A stretch of DNA of 64,000 nucleotides, taken from a bacterium. Lineage in GTDB: Bacteria > UBA8248. The DNA is taken from assembly GCA_965261085.1 (NCBI GenBank), contig OZ253442.1:3008001-3072000 (forward strand), read 5' to 3'. Of this stretch, positions 52,492 to 62,361 are shown piece after piece. Below the pieces are notes generated by a model, which saw nothing but the letters and a program-made list of their open reading frames with translations, did not search any database and was not told the DNA's origin. Made by a program: the position numbers and the translations under genes. Within the stretch, counting starts at the first letter, position 1. Every line of letters starts with the position of its first letter.

Positions 52492-53159
52492 TCATGGGGC
52501 GGTGAGCCGCTCGAAGGTGGTGTCGTCGAGCTACCCATGGGAGACAAATCCCCGCTCGGTCTGGAAGGCGCGCAGAGCCGACCAGGTGCGCGCTGGGCAG
52601 CGGCGACGCGGGGAGCGTCCTATCCGTCGGACTGCGCGGCGCACCGCAGTCGGGAGGCGTCCGGTAGCAGGGCCAGGATCTGTCCGTTCACCAATTCCTC
52701 GTCGTCAGGGTTCCCCGCGCGAATGACGGCGGGCCGCGACAGAAACGGGGAGTCGATGATCTGACGTATCCCAGGCAGGCTCTGGCCTTTGACCGCGTTC
52801 TCGGGGAACTTCGACCGATCGTCCGGGTGTACTCGGATCGCCTTCAGCCTCCACCAGCCGACGTTGCGCGAGAGCATCCACATCTCACCGCTAACGCCAC
52901 CTTCGGGATGGAGGCGGTTGAACGTCTTCACCATGAGGTGCCCGCTGCGTGGATCGCCCTTCCAAGGGCCATTGTATCCGCCTGTGGGCAGCAGGGCAAG
53001 AATCGGATTGTTCTGCTGTGGCAGGCCGCAGGTCACTGTCCACACGCGCTCGCGCGTCTGTGCCACCGCGTCTGTCGCGAGAACGAGCAGAAGGAGCGCA
53101 AGCACCACGGCGCCCAGCGCGGCAGCGGCGGCGGAAGGCTCGGTATGAGTCGATGTCAT
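52492..53159 (-). pseudogene. Secreted protein with decayed C-terminal peptidoglycan-binding domain
   Basis: SD AGGAG, signal peptide, ORF to 52620. Downstream frames give TWSALRAFQTERDLSPMG and LDDTTFERL, which resemble PG_binding_1. Confidence 0.55.
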
Positions 53160-53535
53160 GGTGGTGTCTCCTGTGACATGGGAGGGGCGCGTGAGGGTTA
53201 CAATGATGCGGCGCCAGCTCCGTTTGCCGTGCCCGCAGTTCCTTGTTCCAGATCCTCAGGATTGACTGTAGCCCGCCACGTTACACGCCGCAAGCGTCCG
53301 CGGTGCCGTCACGTCTGGCGGCAACCCTGTGGAGCGGTAACGTGTGCAAGGCCCGGTACTGGGCTGCGGGAACATGTGCGGCGGCCGCTGCTAAGCAGCG
53401 GGAACGCGCGAGCCCGCACCGCTCGGGCTAAGTGCCGTTGACACAACGGCTTGTAGCGCTCGAGCATTTGAGCGGTCAGGAAGCGAGTTGAGGATGCCCT
53501 TCGGCGCGTGGTTTTCACACCTCACACATGGACCC

Positions 53536-55065
53536 CTAACAACCGTAGGCCTTGTTCTCCTGGGGAGAGAGGCGTTTCCAGGCCATCGCCAGTTCCACCA
53601 AAATCCGCACGCCCACGCCGGTCCCGCCCTCGGGGCGGTAGGCTTCGTCTTTTGATGTGTGCGAGGGACCCGCGATGTCCAGATGCACCCAGGGCGTCTC
53701 GTCGGCGAAGTGCTGTAAGAACGCCGCCGCGGTGTTCGCACCCCCCCAGCGCGCGCCCGAGATGTTGCACATATCGGCTATCTTGCCCTTCATCGCCTCA
53801 CCGTATTCCGGAAACAGCGGCATGTGCCAGACGCGATCGCCGGTGCGCTCGCCCAAGTCCCGCACGCGGCCCAGGAGTTCATCGTGCGTGCCGTACATGC
53901 CGGTCACCTTCTGGCCCAGCGCCACCATGCACGCGCCTGTGAGCGTGGCCAGGTCGATCATGCACTGCGGGTCGTATTTCTCGCGCGTGTAATGAAGCGC
54001 GTCGGCGAGGACGAGCCTGCCCTCGGCGTCGGTGTTGTGGATTTCGATAGTCGTTCCCTTCATGGAGCGCACGATGTCGCCGGGCCGCGTGGCGTCGCCG
54101 TCCACCATGTTCTCCGCAAGGCCCGCCACGCCGATCACGGGTACGCGGGGCTTGAGCCGCGCGACGGCTAGCATCGCGCCCAGCACGGCGGCGGCCCCGC
54201 TCATGTCGGTCGTCATGAGTTCGAGACCACCGCTCGGCTTGATGGATATGCCGCCGGTATCGAACGTCACCCCCTTGCCGACGAAGGCGACGGGTTTCGT
54301 CTTGACGCCTTGGGGCCTGTATTCGAGGACGACCACGCGGGGCGGCTCGCTGCTGCCCTGCCCCACCGAGAGAAGAGCGCCCATCTTCTGCCTCGCCATC
54401 TGTTTCTCATCCAGCACCCGGCACTTTAAGCCCTCGCTGCGCGCCATTGCCTGCGCCACCTCCGCCAGCGCGGGGGGGCGTTTTTCGTTGCTGGGGGTGT
54501 TGATGAGGTCGCGGGCATAGTTCGTCCCCTCAGAGAGAATCCGCCCATGCCGCACACCGCGCCGCATGGCGCTCAGGTTCTTGCCTGGCCCTCCGCACAA
54601 AACAACGCGCGAGACGTCGCTCTTATCTTCATCATCCGCGGTCTTGTACTTATCCATCCGGTAGAGGGCGAGCCCCACGCCCTCAACAATTGACTGGGCC
54701 GCCTCACGCGCGTCGAGGCCCTCTCTGATGGTGGAGGAGGCCGAAAATGCTATCGACTTAAGCCCCTCGGCTCGCGCGAGCTTGGCCGCCAGGCCACATG
54801 CGCAGCGAACCGATTCGGGAGATACCTCATCGCCCAGCCCTGCGAGGATGATGAACTTAGGTCCTGCCCCTCCCGCAGGAGTCGGCAGAAAGGAGATCTG
54901 TCCCTCCTTCCCCTCGAACACCTTGCGCTCGCGCAGGGAGGCCAGGGCGTCGCCCAGAATGTTTTCCAGTTGCTCGTTTTTCTCATCTTTCTCCATGAGG
55001 CAGACCAGGGCGTCCGTCCCCTGATCGAAACCCTCACCTCCCACAACGGAGAACCGCATGACCAT
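53536..55065 (-). CDS. pepA: Leucyl aminopeptidase (M17)
   Basis: VGKGVTFDTGG, DMSGAA, NTDAEGRL, DLATLTGA, HLDIAG. Confidence 0.96.
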   Translation of the reverse strand: MVMRFSVVGGEGFDQGTDALVCLMEKDEKNEQLENILGDALASLRERKVFEGKEGQISFLPTPAGGAGPKFIILAGLGDEVSPESVRCACGLAAKLARAEGLKSIAFSASSTIREGLDAREAAQSIVEGVGLALYRMDKYKTADDEDKSDVSRVVLCGGPGKNLSAMRRGVRHGRILSEGTNYARDLINTPSNEKRPPALAEVAQAMARSEGLKCRVLDEKQMARQKMGALLSVGQGSSEPPRVVVLEYRPQGVKTKPVAFVGKGVTFDTGGISIKPSGGLELMTTDMSGAAAVLGAMLAVARLKPRVPVIGVAGLAENMVDGDATRPGDIVRSMKGTTIEIHNTDAEGRLVLADALHYTREKYDPQCMIDLATLTGACMVALGQKVTGMYGTHDELLGRVRDLGERTGDRVWHMPLFPEYGEAMKGKIADMCNISGARWGGANTAAAFLQHFADETPWVHLDIAGPSHTSKDEAYRPEGGTGVGVRILVELAMAWKRLSPQENKAYGC

Positions 55066-55318
55066 CTCCTCTTAAGAAGCACCACATCAGATGAAAAGCG
55101 AATTTCACGGAGTGTATCCCAGAGCGGCGCGCACGGCTATACGGTTCGGGATCTCCCGTTCTGTCACTCATGAGGATGGCGCGCGCCGATTGTCTTATCC
55201 CTGCCCCTGCCCCTAGAATGCCCACTCATTGTTGGCAGGAAACGGGCGGGCCGAGTGCGTCGAGACCTCTCTTGCCAAAAAGCGATAACTTCTTTCCTCT
55301 CACACGAAGGAATGCGCC

Positions 55319-55756
55319 ATGAGTTTTTACAACTGGGACATGCTGCCCTTGAGTCAGGATCGCCCGGGCGTCGCGCACCGGAGGATTTTTGGCGACAACA
55401 TCCAGATGCAGCACTTGATCACCGAGCCGGGCGGCACGCCTTCCAAAATGCACAACCATCCCGATCACGAGGAGTTCTTCTACATCCAGGCGGGCGAGTG
55501 GGAGTTCACGCTCGAAGACGAGGTGCGGCGCATAGGCCCGGGCGACGTGGTGCACGTCAAGGCGGGTGCGATGCACACCTTGAGGCTCCTGAGCGAGGAG
55601 CCGGGTATGGCGCTCGAGGTCTTCTACCCCATGTGGAATCCCGAACTCGCAGGAGACATGAAGGATTTCACGATAGACGCCATCAAGAACCGCATGGAGT
55701 TCGCCGAAGAACCCGACGATATGAACCGGGGCCGCCCGCCCGGACACGGGGAATAA
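55319..55756 (+). CDS. Cupin domain protein
   Basis: HNHPDHEEFFY...G; GDVVHV...H. Confidence 0.88.
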   Translation: MSFYNWDMLPLSQDRPGVAHRRIFGDNIQMQHLITEPGGTPSKMHNHPDHEEFFYIQAGEWEFTLEDEVRRIGPGDVVHVKAGAMHTLRLLSEEPGMALEVFYPMWNPELAGDMKDFTIDAIKNRMEFAEEPDDMNRGRPPGHGE

Positions 55757-55847
55757 GCGTGGGAGCCGCCCTCGCCGAGGCGGCGTGCTCCGCGGCTACG
55801 GCGTCGTATTCGTGAGAGAACTCCCGGTTATTTTGACTCAAACGCAC

Positions 55848-55889
55848 AAAAAAACAGGCGACGCCCGTCGACGCCGCCTGCTGTTTTTT
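55848..55889. terminator. Intrinsic terminator, probably bidirectional
   Basis: A7-CAGGCG...CGCCTG-ctg-T6 between convergent units. Confidence 0.65.
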
Positions 55890-55933
55890 ATATTTCCCTC
55901 AATGTTCCGTTCCAGGTAACACCAAGGGTCGGT

Positions 55934-56029
55934 TTAGGGCTTTTTCAGTACCCTCTTTCGGGGGTGAGCCGTTTTCAGGACCCTCCGATGAGAGTTTTCA
56001 AGGGCGGTTACTATCAATCTTCTTACCAT
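55934..56029 (-). CDS. Putative 31-aa basic small protein MVRRLIVTALENSHRRVLKTAHPRKRVLKKP
   Basis: SD GAGGAGG, upstream sigma70 promoter, downstream terminator. Shorter than any ORF in the track. Confidence 0.55.
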   Translation of the reverse strand: MVRRLIVTALENSHRRVLKTAHPRKRVLKKP

Positions 56030-56074
56030 GACAGCCCTCCTCTAGCTACTTACAAGTGCTATTTGTACTCACAA

Positions 56075-56103
56075 ATCCTAGCGAAAGACGGGAGCCATGT
56101 CAA
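56075..56103 (-). promoter_or_regulatory. Sigma70-type promoter
   Basis: TTGACA-N17-TAGGAT on the minus strand. Confidence 0.6.
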
Positions 56104-56209
56104 GCATTTTTTCCCCAAAATGCGAGAAAAATCTCAATCCCATATATATCAAATTCTTAACCCCAGAATTTCATCGCCGACTCACCCGCCCGGCTAGACG
56201 CGCCCGCCC

Positions 56210-57316
56210 CTACGCTTCGATGATGGCGGCGACCACCCCGCCGCCCACGGGACCCTGGTGAAACACGAGACCGGCCGAGACGTAGACCGCCGGGTCCTGC
56301 ACCACGGAGGCGATGACCGCATTCGCCACGGCGCGCACGGGCCGCGTGCCCAGAACCGAATCGGTAAGCAGCGTGACGCGCTTATCCAGAAGCCTGCCGT
56401 CCCACGGCGCACCCGCCTTGGCGAGCATGTGCACCACCTTTTTCAGGTCCTCCTCCCCCGGCAGTCCGTCGAAAGAAAGACCTGCGTTTTTGAGCGACTG
56501 CCGAACGGCGTCGGCGTCAATCAAGTGCTGCATCACCGCCCGGCCGATCTTGTAGCGGCTTACCGATTGGGCGGAGTTCGCCAGCACCACGACTTCAGAG
56601 CGCATGAGCTCCACGCCCGCCGAGCAGGAGATCATCTCCGAATACAGGTCGCCACGGCTGCATATGTCAGATATCTCGAATGATGCCCTGTCGATCTCCC
56701 CGAGTCCCACCGCCGCGCCCAGGGCCGAGCAGCCGTTCGAGAGGCTCATCGAGCGCGTGGTGTCCGTACTCACCACCTTCTTGCCGCGCGAGGCCGCGTC
56801 GTTGATGCGGTCAGACGTAAGCAACGGGCACTTGACCTGCACGTAGCCCACGTCGTCGAGCGAATCCACGCCCGACTTTGCGAGCGCCTCCGCCGCCGCC
56901 TCGGCCACGAGGTCCACCTGCGCCATCGTGCCCAACTCCTCGGGCAGCAACTCTCTGGTGAAGGCGACTCCCATCGAGAGACGCTTCTCCCCGGGGCTTT
57001 CGGCGTCGCCCACGTCTGTCTTTGAAAACGCCACCGCGTGGGGGCTCATGACCCCCTCGCATCCGCCCGACATCACCATGGCGCACATGCCCTGGATCTC
57101 GGAACGGGAGAGGCCGAGCGTCTCCATCATGTAGTCCTCGAAGGAATGGAGAGCGTAGGGCCTCGAGTAATCGTTCACCCGACCGTTGCCCTCCGTCTTG
57201 GCGATGATGGCCTGAATGTCCGCCGCCTGAATGCGGCCTCCCGTCACCGCTTCCGTGAGGCCAGAAACATCCTCGGGCCCCGCCATCTGAAACTTCACCA
57301 CCTGGGTATCAAACAT
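56210..57316 (-). CDS. Ring-opening amidohydrolase, cyanuric acid hydrolase (AtzD)/barbiturase family
   Basis: KTEGNGRVNDYSR, MSGGCEG, VQVKCPLLT, SCSAGVEL, HQGPVGGG. Confidence 0.92.
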   Translation of the reverse strand: MFDTQVVKFQMAGPEDVSGLTEAVTGGRIQAADIQAIIAKTEGNGRVNDYSRPYALHSFEDYMMETLGLSRSEIQGMCAMVMSGGCEGVMSPHAVAFSKTDVGDAESPGEKRLSMGVAFTRELLPEELGTMAQVDLVAEAAAEALAKSGVDSLDDVGYVQVKCPLLTSDRINDAASRGKKVVSTDTTRSMSLSNGCSALGAAVGLGEIDRASFEISDICSRGDLYSEMISCSAGVELMRSEVVVLANSAQSVSRYKIGRAVMQHLIDADAVRQSLKNAGLSFDGLPGEEDLKKVVHMLAKAGAPWDGRLLDKRVTLLTDSVLGTRPVRAVANAVIASVVQDPAVYVSAGLVFHQGPVGGGVVAAIIEA

Positions 57317-57441
57317 GAGTTCACCTCCTCAGTATTCGCCTGAAACCTTCGCGCAGTTGCGCCGATCTCAAAGGCGAGTGGATGCCGAAATCATCAAACC
57401 TCCTCATTCGTCAAGGGACGCCCGATGCGCGAACGCCCGTT

Positions 57442-58845
57442 TCATGTCCCCGGAACCACCAGACCCGCCCGATCGACGATGGCCGCGGACGCCGCCTGCG
57501 CCTCTTCGCGAATCGCGCGCTCCTCATCCTCGCTCATCTTGCTCAAGCGCCCCGCCTCCATGAGCGGCTCGCCGTCCACCCAGACCCAGCGCACCTCCGT
57601 CCCGTGGGCCTGATACGCGAGCACCGAGGGCAGATGATGATTCGGAAACATGTGGGGACCGCTCATGTCGAGCAGAATCATGTCCGCGCGCTTGCCCACC
57701 TCGATGGAGCCTATCTCCTCCTCCAGGCCGAGCGCGCGCGCGCCGTTGCGTGTCGCCATGTCGAGCACCTGCTGCGCCGTGATGGCGGCAGGATCCTGCT
57801 GCACGCCTTTGTGGAGCAGGCAAGCCAGCCTGATTTCCCAGAACATGTTGGCCAGATCGTTGCAGTTCACGTTGTCCGTCCCCAAGGCCACGGGGATTCC
57901 GTAACCCAGCATCCGGGGCACCGGCGAGACGCCCGAGCCCAGATACATGTTGCTCGATGGGAGATGCACCACCTGCGTGCCGGATTCTTTCAAAAGACGA
58001 ATGTCTTCCTCGCTCAAATGGATGCAGTGGCCCGCCACCAGACGCTCTGAGAGCAACCCCCAGGCCGCCAGATGCTGCACGACGGGAAGACCGTCCACTT
58101 CCGATTCCATCGGGTCTTCAGATACGTGCGTGGAGACGCGAAGACCCCGCTTCCCGGCCCATTCGTCCACCTCGCGGAACGTCTCGGGCTTCACGTAGAC
58201 GGGGATGTTCGGCCCCGGCCAGACGAGAACCCGGCCACCGGAGCGGCCATGGTATTTGTCCACCAGATGGGAAGTCTCCTCGAAGACCTCATCCCTCGTC
58301 TTGAGGCTGGGCGGAAAGGTCTTGCCCCAGGCGGCGATGTGGGAGTGCGCCCGATCGGCGAGTTTTCCCGAAGGCGATATTTCATTGAAGCTCAGGGCGA
58401 AGACGCTCCGCATGCCCGAATCGTCCATGGCCTCTATCATCGCCTCGGCCTGCGGGATGGGGATGCGCTCGTTCGTCACCACCGCCGTGGTGCCCGAGCG
58501 AATCGCCTCGCACGCAAAGAGTTTTACGGAGAGCGCCGCATCATCGGGCGTATAGGCCACCTGACCGGGCGCCATGACGTTCAGACGCCAGTCCATCAGC
58601 CGCCTGTCCGCGCCAAGGCCGCCGCGCAGTAGAATGCACATGATGTGGCTGTGAGCGTTCACCAGCCCCGGCATGAGGGCCATGCCTTCCCCGTCGACCA
58701 CCCGCGCCGCGCCTGCGTTTATCCTCGATTCTGAAATCTCGGCGATGCGGCCACCCTCGACCAACACGGACGCGCGCGCGATGACCTCGCGCCTCTCGTT
58801 CTGGGTGAGGACGCAGGCGTTTTCGACCACGAAACGACCCGTCAT
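57442..58845 (-). CDS. Metal-dependent amidohydrolase, AtzA/TriA-like
   Basis: NAHSH, ILLRGG, HVSE, GHCIHL, HLPSSNMYLGSG, LGTDNVNCND. Confidence 0.88.
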   Translation of the reverse strand: MTGRFVVENACVLTQNERREVIARASVLVEGGRIAEISESRINAGAARVVDGEGMALMPGLVNAHSHIMCILLRGGLGADRRLMDWRLNVMAPGQVAYTPDDAALSVKLFACEAIRSGTTAVVTNERIPIPQAEAMIEAMDDSGMRSVFALSFNEISPSGKLADRAHSHIAAWGKTFPPSLKTRDEVFEETSHLVDKYHGRSGGRVLVWPGPNIPVYVKPETFREVDEWAGKRGLRVSTHVSEDPMESEVDGLPVVQHLAAWGLLSERLVAGHCIHLSEEDIRLLKESGTQVVHLPSSNMYLGSGVSPVPRMLGYGIPVALGTDNVNCNDLANMFWEIRLACLLHKGVQQDPAAITAQQVLDMATRNGARALGLEEEIGSIEVGKRADMILLDMSGPHMFPNHHLPSVLAYQAHGTEVRWVWVDGEPLMEAGRLSKMSEDEERAIREEAQAASAAIVDRAGLVVPGT

Positions 58846-58989
58846 GGAGAAACCCTCCGTTGGTGTGTTCCCCAGAATACGATAATCAGGCGGATTTGAA
58901 TATCTCCGGCGCAAGCCGCGCCTTGCCAGAGAGGGAAAAGAGCATTATTAGTGTGAGAAAGAACCCGACAAATCCGAGGAGAGACGCCG

Positions 58990-59385
58990 ATGTCCAAAAT
59001 CAAATTCCTGCAGCATTTCAGCATCTATTGCCGGGATTTACCGGCCATGCACAAATTCTACAACGAAATCCTGGAACTGCCCGAAATGCCTCGCCCGCAC
59101 TTCCCCTTTCCGGGCTACTGGTATGAAGCGGGAGAAGACCACCAGATCCACCTCGCCAAGGTGAGCGACACCCACGTGTCCCACTCCATCAGCGACAACG
59201 AAGATGGATACATGGACCACCACTTCGGGATGGTGACCGAAGATCTGGAAGGAATGAAAGAGCGGCTCAAGGCGCACGGCGTCCCGTTTCACGATGAGCC
59301 CTATGGATACCCCCAAATCTTCTTCCGGGACCCGGAGAACAACCTGATCGAGGTCGCGTCCACGGCGATGTTCGACATGGAATAA
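58990..59385 (+). CDS. VOC/glyoxalase family protein
   Basis: LQHFSI, QIHL, HHFG, QIFFRDPENNLIE. Confidence 0.88.
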   Translation: MSKIKFLQHFSIYCRDLPAMHKFYNEILELPEMPRPHFPFPGYWYEAGEDHQIHLAKVSDTHVSHSISDNEDGYMDHHFGMVTEDLEGMKERLKAHGVPFHDEPYGYPQIFFRDPENNLIEVASTAMFDME

Positions 59386-59516
59386 AGAGCGCGCCGGGGC
59401 AAGCCGGCCCCGGTTGCCGTGATTCCCCGTCCGCCCAGGCCGTGAAGTCCATACGCGGCAGTAGAACGCCACCGTTTCCCCGTCCCGGTTTTCCGATGAT
59501 TTCTGGAGATCAAGCC

Positions 59517-59909
59517 ATGTCATTTAAAAAATTCCACACCACGCAGGTCACGGCCGGTGCCGGCAGCTACTCCCAGGGTCTTCTCGCCGGAAAGACGCTC
59601 TATCTCGCGGGCCAGACAGGGGCGGGGCTCGACGGCGCACCGCCCGCGCGCGGCGACGCTGCGGCCCAGGCCCGCCAGGCGTGCGAGAACATCCGCCGGC
59701 TTCTCGAAGAGGCGGGCGGCGACCTCTCACACGTCGTGAAGCTCACGAACTACATTACCGACAGGGCGTACCGCAAAGCGGTGTATGCGGTGATCGCGGA
59801 ATACTTCGGCCCCCATGCGCCGGCGAGCACGGGGGTGATCGTGGACGGGCTGGCTTCCGAGGATTTTCTCGTGGAGATCGACGCCACGGCCTATATTCCC
59901 GAGGCCTGA
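59517..59909 (+). CDS. RidA/YjgF family protein
   Basis: YSQG, LYLAGQ, PAST, LVEIDATA. Confidence 0.88.
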   Translation: MSFKKFHTTQVTAGAGSYSQGLLAGKTLYLAGQTGAGLDGAPPARGDAAAQARQACENIRRLLEEAGGDLSHVVKLTNYITDRAYRKAVYAVIAEYFGPHAPASTGVIVDGLASEDFLVEIDATAYIPEA

Positions 59910-60017
59910 GAAGAAAGGGCGTATTGAGAAATGCGCCGCAAAAAGGCAGAATAGGGACACATACAGACAAGTTCGTGAGCAGCCCGTGAGGCTGAATCCT
60001 TTCAGGGGAGACGGATC

Positions 60018-61604
60018 ATGACCGAATCTTACGATGGATTGTTCGTCGGCGGCGGACACAACAGCCTGGTATGCGCCGCCTATCTGGCGAAAGCCGGGAA
60101 AAAAGTAGCCGTGCTGGAACGCTCCAGCATCGCCGGCGGGGGTTGCTCCACGCACGAAGTCACTCTGCCCGGCTTCAAGCACAACCTGCACTCGAACTAC
60201 TACGTGGGTCTGGACAGAAGCCCCATCCTGCGCGATCTGGAACTCCACGAATACGGTTTCAGCCTCATTTTTCCGGAGTTGCAACAGGGCTGCATCTTCA
60301 GCGACGGCACGGCGTTCGTCATCCACCGCGATGTGGAGAAGACCGTCAAGTCGATCGAGCGCATCAACAAAAACGACGCGAAGACCTACCGGGACCTCCA
60401 CGTCAAATTCACCGAGGGGATGCTCGACATCATCACCTCCTTCATGTACTGCGCCCCCCTGCCGCCCGAAGAGTTGAAAGACCGCTTCGCGGGGCCGCTG
60501 GGCCGTGAATTCCTGAGCTATGCGAATCTCAGCATGTACGAGGCGGTGGATCAGCATTTCGAGGACGACAGGATCCGCGTGCTGTTCAAGCTCTTCCTGG
60601 GCTCCTTCACGCTCGAAAACACACCTTCGACCGGCTTATTCTTTCCCAGAATCTTCTCGCGCATCGCGAACTTCGCGCTGCCCGTGGGCGGGTCGGTGAA
60701 CTTCACCCGCGCTCTCGAGCGCGTCGTCGAGCGCGGGGGCGGCAAGGTGCTCACGAACGCCGATGTGCGCGAGATCACCGTGGAAAGCGGGGACGCCACC
60801 GGCGTCATCCTCGAGGACGGAAGGCGTTTCGGGGCCACCGATTTCGTGGCGAGCGGAGTCAACTGGCCGCTCACGGTGCGCCTCGCCGGGGAGGATTACT
60901 TCGGCGGCAAGCTCGCCAAGGCGGCGCTCGAGTTCCAGTGGGCGAGCCACGGCCTCTGCACCATCCACCTGGCGCTCAAGGAAGCGCCCGACTTCAAGGC
61001 CGCGAAATTCGAGCCCGACATCAACAAGACGTTCAACATCTTCTGGGGCGCGGACTCGACCGAGGAAATTACCGACTGCTTCGAGAGGATTCACAACGGC
61101 GAACTGCCCCCGCTCATGGGCAACGGCGGAAGCAACAGCCACTTCGACCCGACCTACTCGCCCGATGGCACGCACGTGGGCTACTGGTGGCCCTTCGCGC
61201 CTTATGAACTCAAAGAAGGCGGGGCCGAGGCGTGGGACACGAAGCGCGAGGAATACACCGAGCACTTCATCAACTCCTGGACGCCCTATGCGCCCAACGT
61301 CAACCGCGACAACATCATGGGCAGCTATCTCTACACGCCGCTCGACATCGTGCGCATGAACCCGAACTTCGTCCGCGCCAGCCACCACGTGGGCGCATAC
61401 ATTCCCGAGCAGTTGGGCTACAACCGCCCGCATCCTGATGTGAGCGACTTCCGCACGCCGATCGGGAAACTCTACCTGTGCGGTTCGAGTTCGCACGTGG
61501 GCGGCGCGGTGACGGGAGCGCCCGGTTATAACTGCGCGAACGCAATCGCCGAGGATCTAGAGATCGACCGCTTCTGGGCGCCTGTGGAAGCCATGATGGC
61601 CTGA
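60018..61604 (+). CDS. FAD-dependent oxidoreductase, phytoene dehydrogenase-like
   Basis: GGGHNSLVCAAYLA, GGGCST, LYLCGSSSHVGGAVTGAPGYN. Confidence 0.88.
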   Translation: MTESYDGLFVGGGHNSLVCAAYLAKAGKKVAVLERSSIAGGGCSTHEVTLPGFKHNLHSNYYVGLDRSPILRDLELHEYGFSLIFPELQQGCIFSDGTAFVIHRDVEKTVKSIERINKNDAKTYRDLHVKFTEGMLDIITSFMYCAPLPPEELKDRFAGPLGREFLSYANLSMYEAVDQHFEDDRIRVLFKLFLGSFTLENTPSTGLFFPRIFSRIANFALPVGGSVNFTRALERVVERGGGKVLTNADVREITVESGDATGVILEDGRRFGATDFVASGVNWPLTVRLAGEDYFGGKLAKAALEFQWASHGLCTIHLALKEAPDFKAAKFEPDINKTFNIFWGADSTEEITDCFERIHNGELPPLMGNGGSNSHFDPTYSPDGTHVGYWWPFAPYELKEGGAEAWDTKREEYTEHFINSWTPYAPNVNRDNIMGSYLYTPLDIVRMNPNFVRASHHVGAYIPEQLGYNRPHPDVSDFRTPIGKLYLCGSSSHVGGAVTGAPGYNCANAIAEDLEIDRFWAPVEAMMA

Positions 61605-61649
61605 AGATGAAGATTTGATTTTCGATTCACGAGGAAAGGACAAAATTTC

Positions 61650-62360
61650 ATGGAATTGATCGACCTCTCACAAACAGTGGCGGCGGGTGGATTCGAGCGT
61701 CCGTTCCACCCCAAGGTGGCGATTGAGCCGATGATGACGCACGAGGAGTCTTCTAAAAAATTTCTGGGGAAATTCTCCTTCGCCGCCATGAAGCTCACGC
61801 TCTCAGACCACACCGGAAGCCACGTGGACGCCCTGAACCACTACGTGCCCGGAGACGCGCCTTCCATCGACCAGTTGCCGCTCGATCGCTTCTATTCGAG
61901 CGCGATCTGCGTGGACTTCTCGGACATAGCGCCCAAAACCTACATCGAAACGGCGGACATCGAGCGCGAACTCGAGAAGCACGGACTCTCCATCGAGGAG
62001 GGCGACGCCTTTTTGTACTACACGGGCCATTTTGAGAAGTGCTTCCAGAATCCCGACCCCGATGTATGGTGGAAAGAATTCGCGGGCCTGAGCCGGCCCG
62101 CCACCGAGTATCTCGCCGATCACGGGGTTCGCAACATCGGCTGTGAGGCGTTTACGATAGAAAACCCCACGCAGATGTTCCCCGAATCGGAAGAGCCCTA
62201 CCCCTCCCATCAGGTGTGCAAGGAGCGGGGGATGCTCAACACGGAGAATCTGGTGATTCCCAAACGCCTGGTGGGCAAGCGCTTCACATTCCTGTGCCTG
62301 CCCATCAAGCTGAAAGACGCCACCGGCTCGCCGGTACGCGCCGTGGCGGTGCTGGACTGA
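61650..62360 (+). CDS. Cyclase family metal hydrolase (kynurenine formamidase-like)
   Basis: HTGSHVDA, ENL, GSPVRAVA. Confidence 0.9.
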   Translation: MELIDLSQTVAAGGFERPFHPKVAIEPMMTHEESSKKFLGKFSFAAMKLTLSDHTGSHVDALNHYVPGDAPSIDQLPLDRFYSSAICVDFSDIAPKTYIETADIERELEKHGLSIEEGDAFLYYTGHFEKCFQNPDPDVWWKEFAGLSRPATEYLADHGVRNIGCEAFTIENPTQMFPESEEPYPSHQVCKERGMLNTENLVIPKRLVGKRFTFLCLPIKLKDATGSPVRAVAVLD

Positions 62361-62361
62361 T

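Noticed and set aside
53530-53545. Integron attC/attI core (GTTAGGG on the minus strand)
   Set aside because: No inverse core, attC stem or integrase was found.
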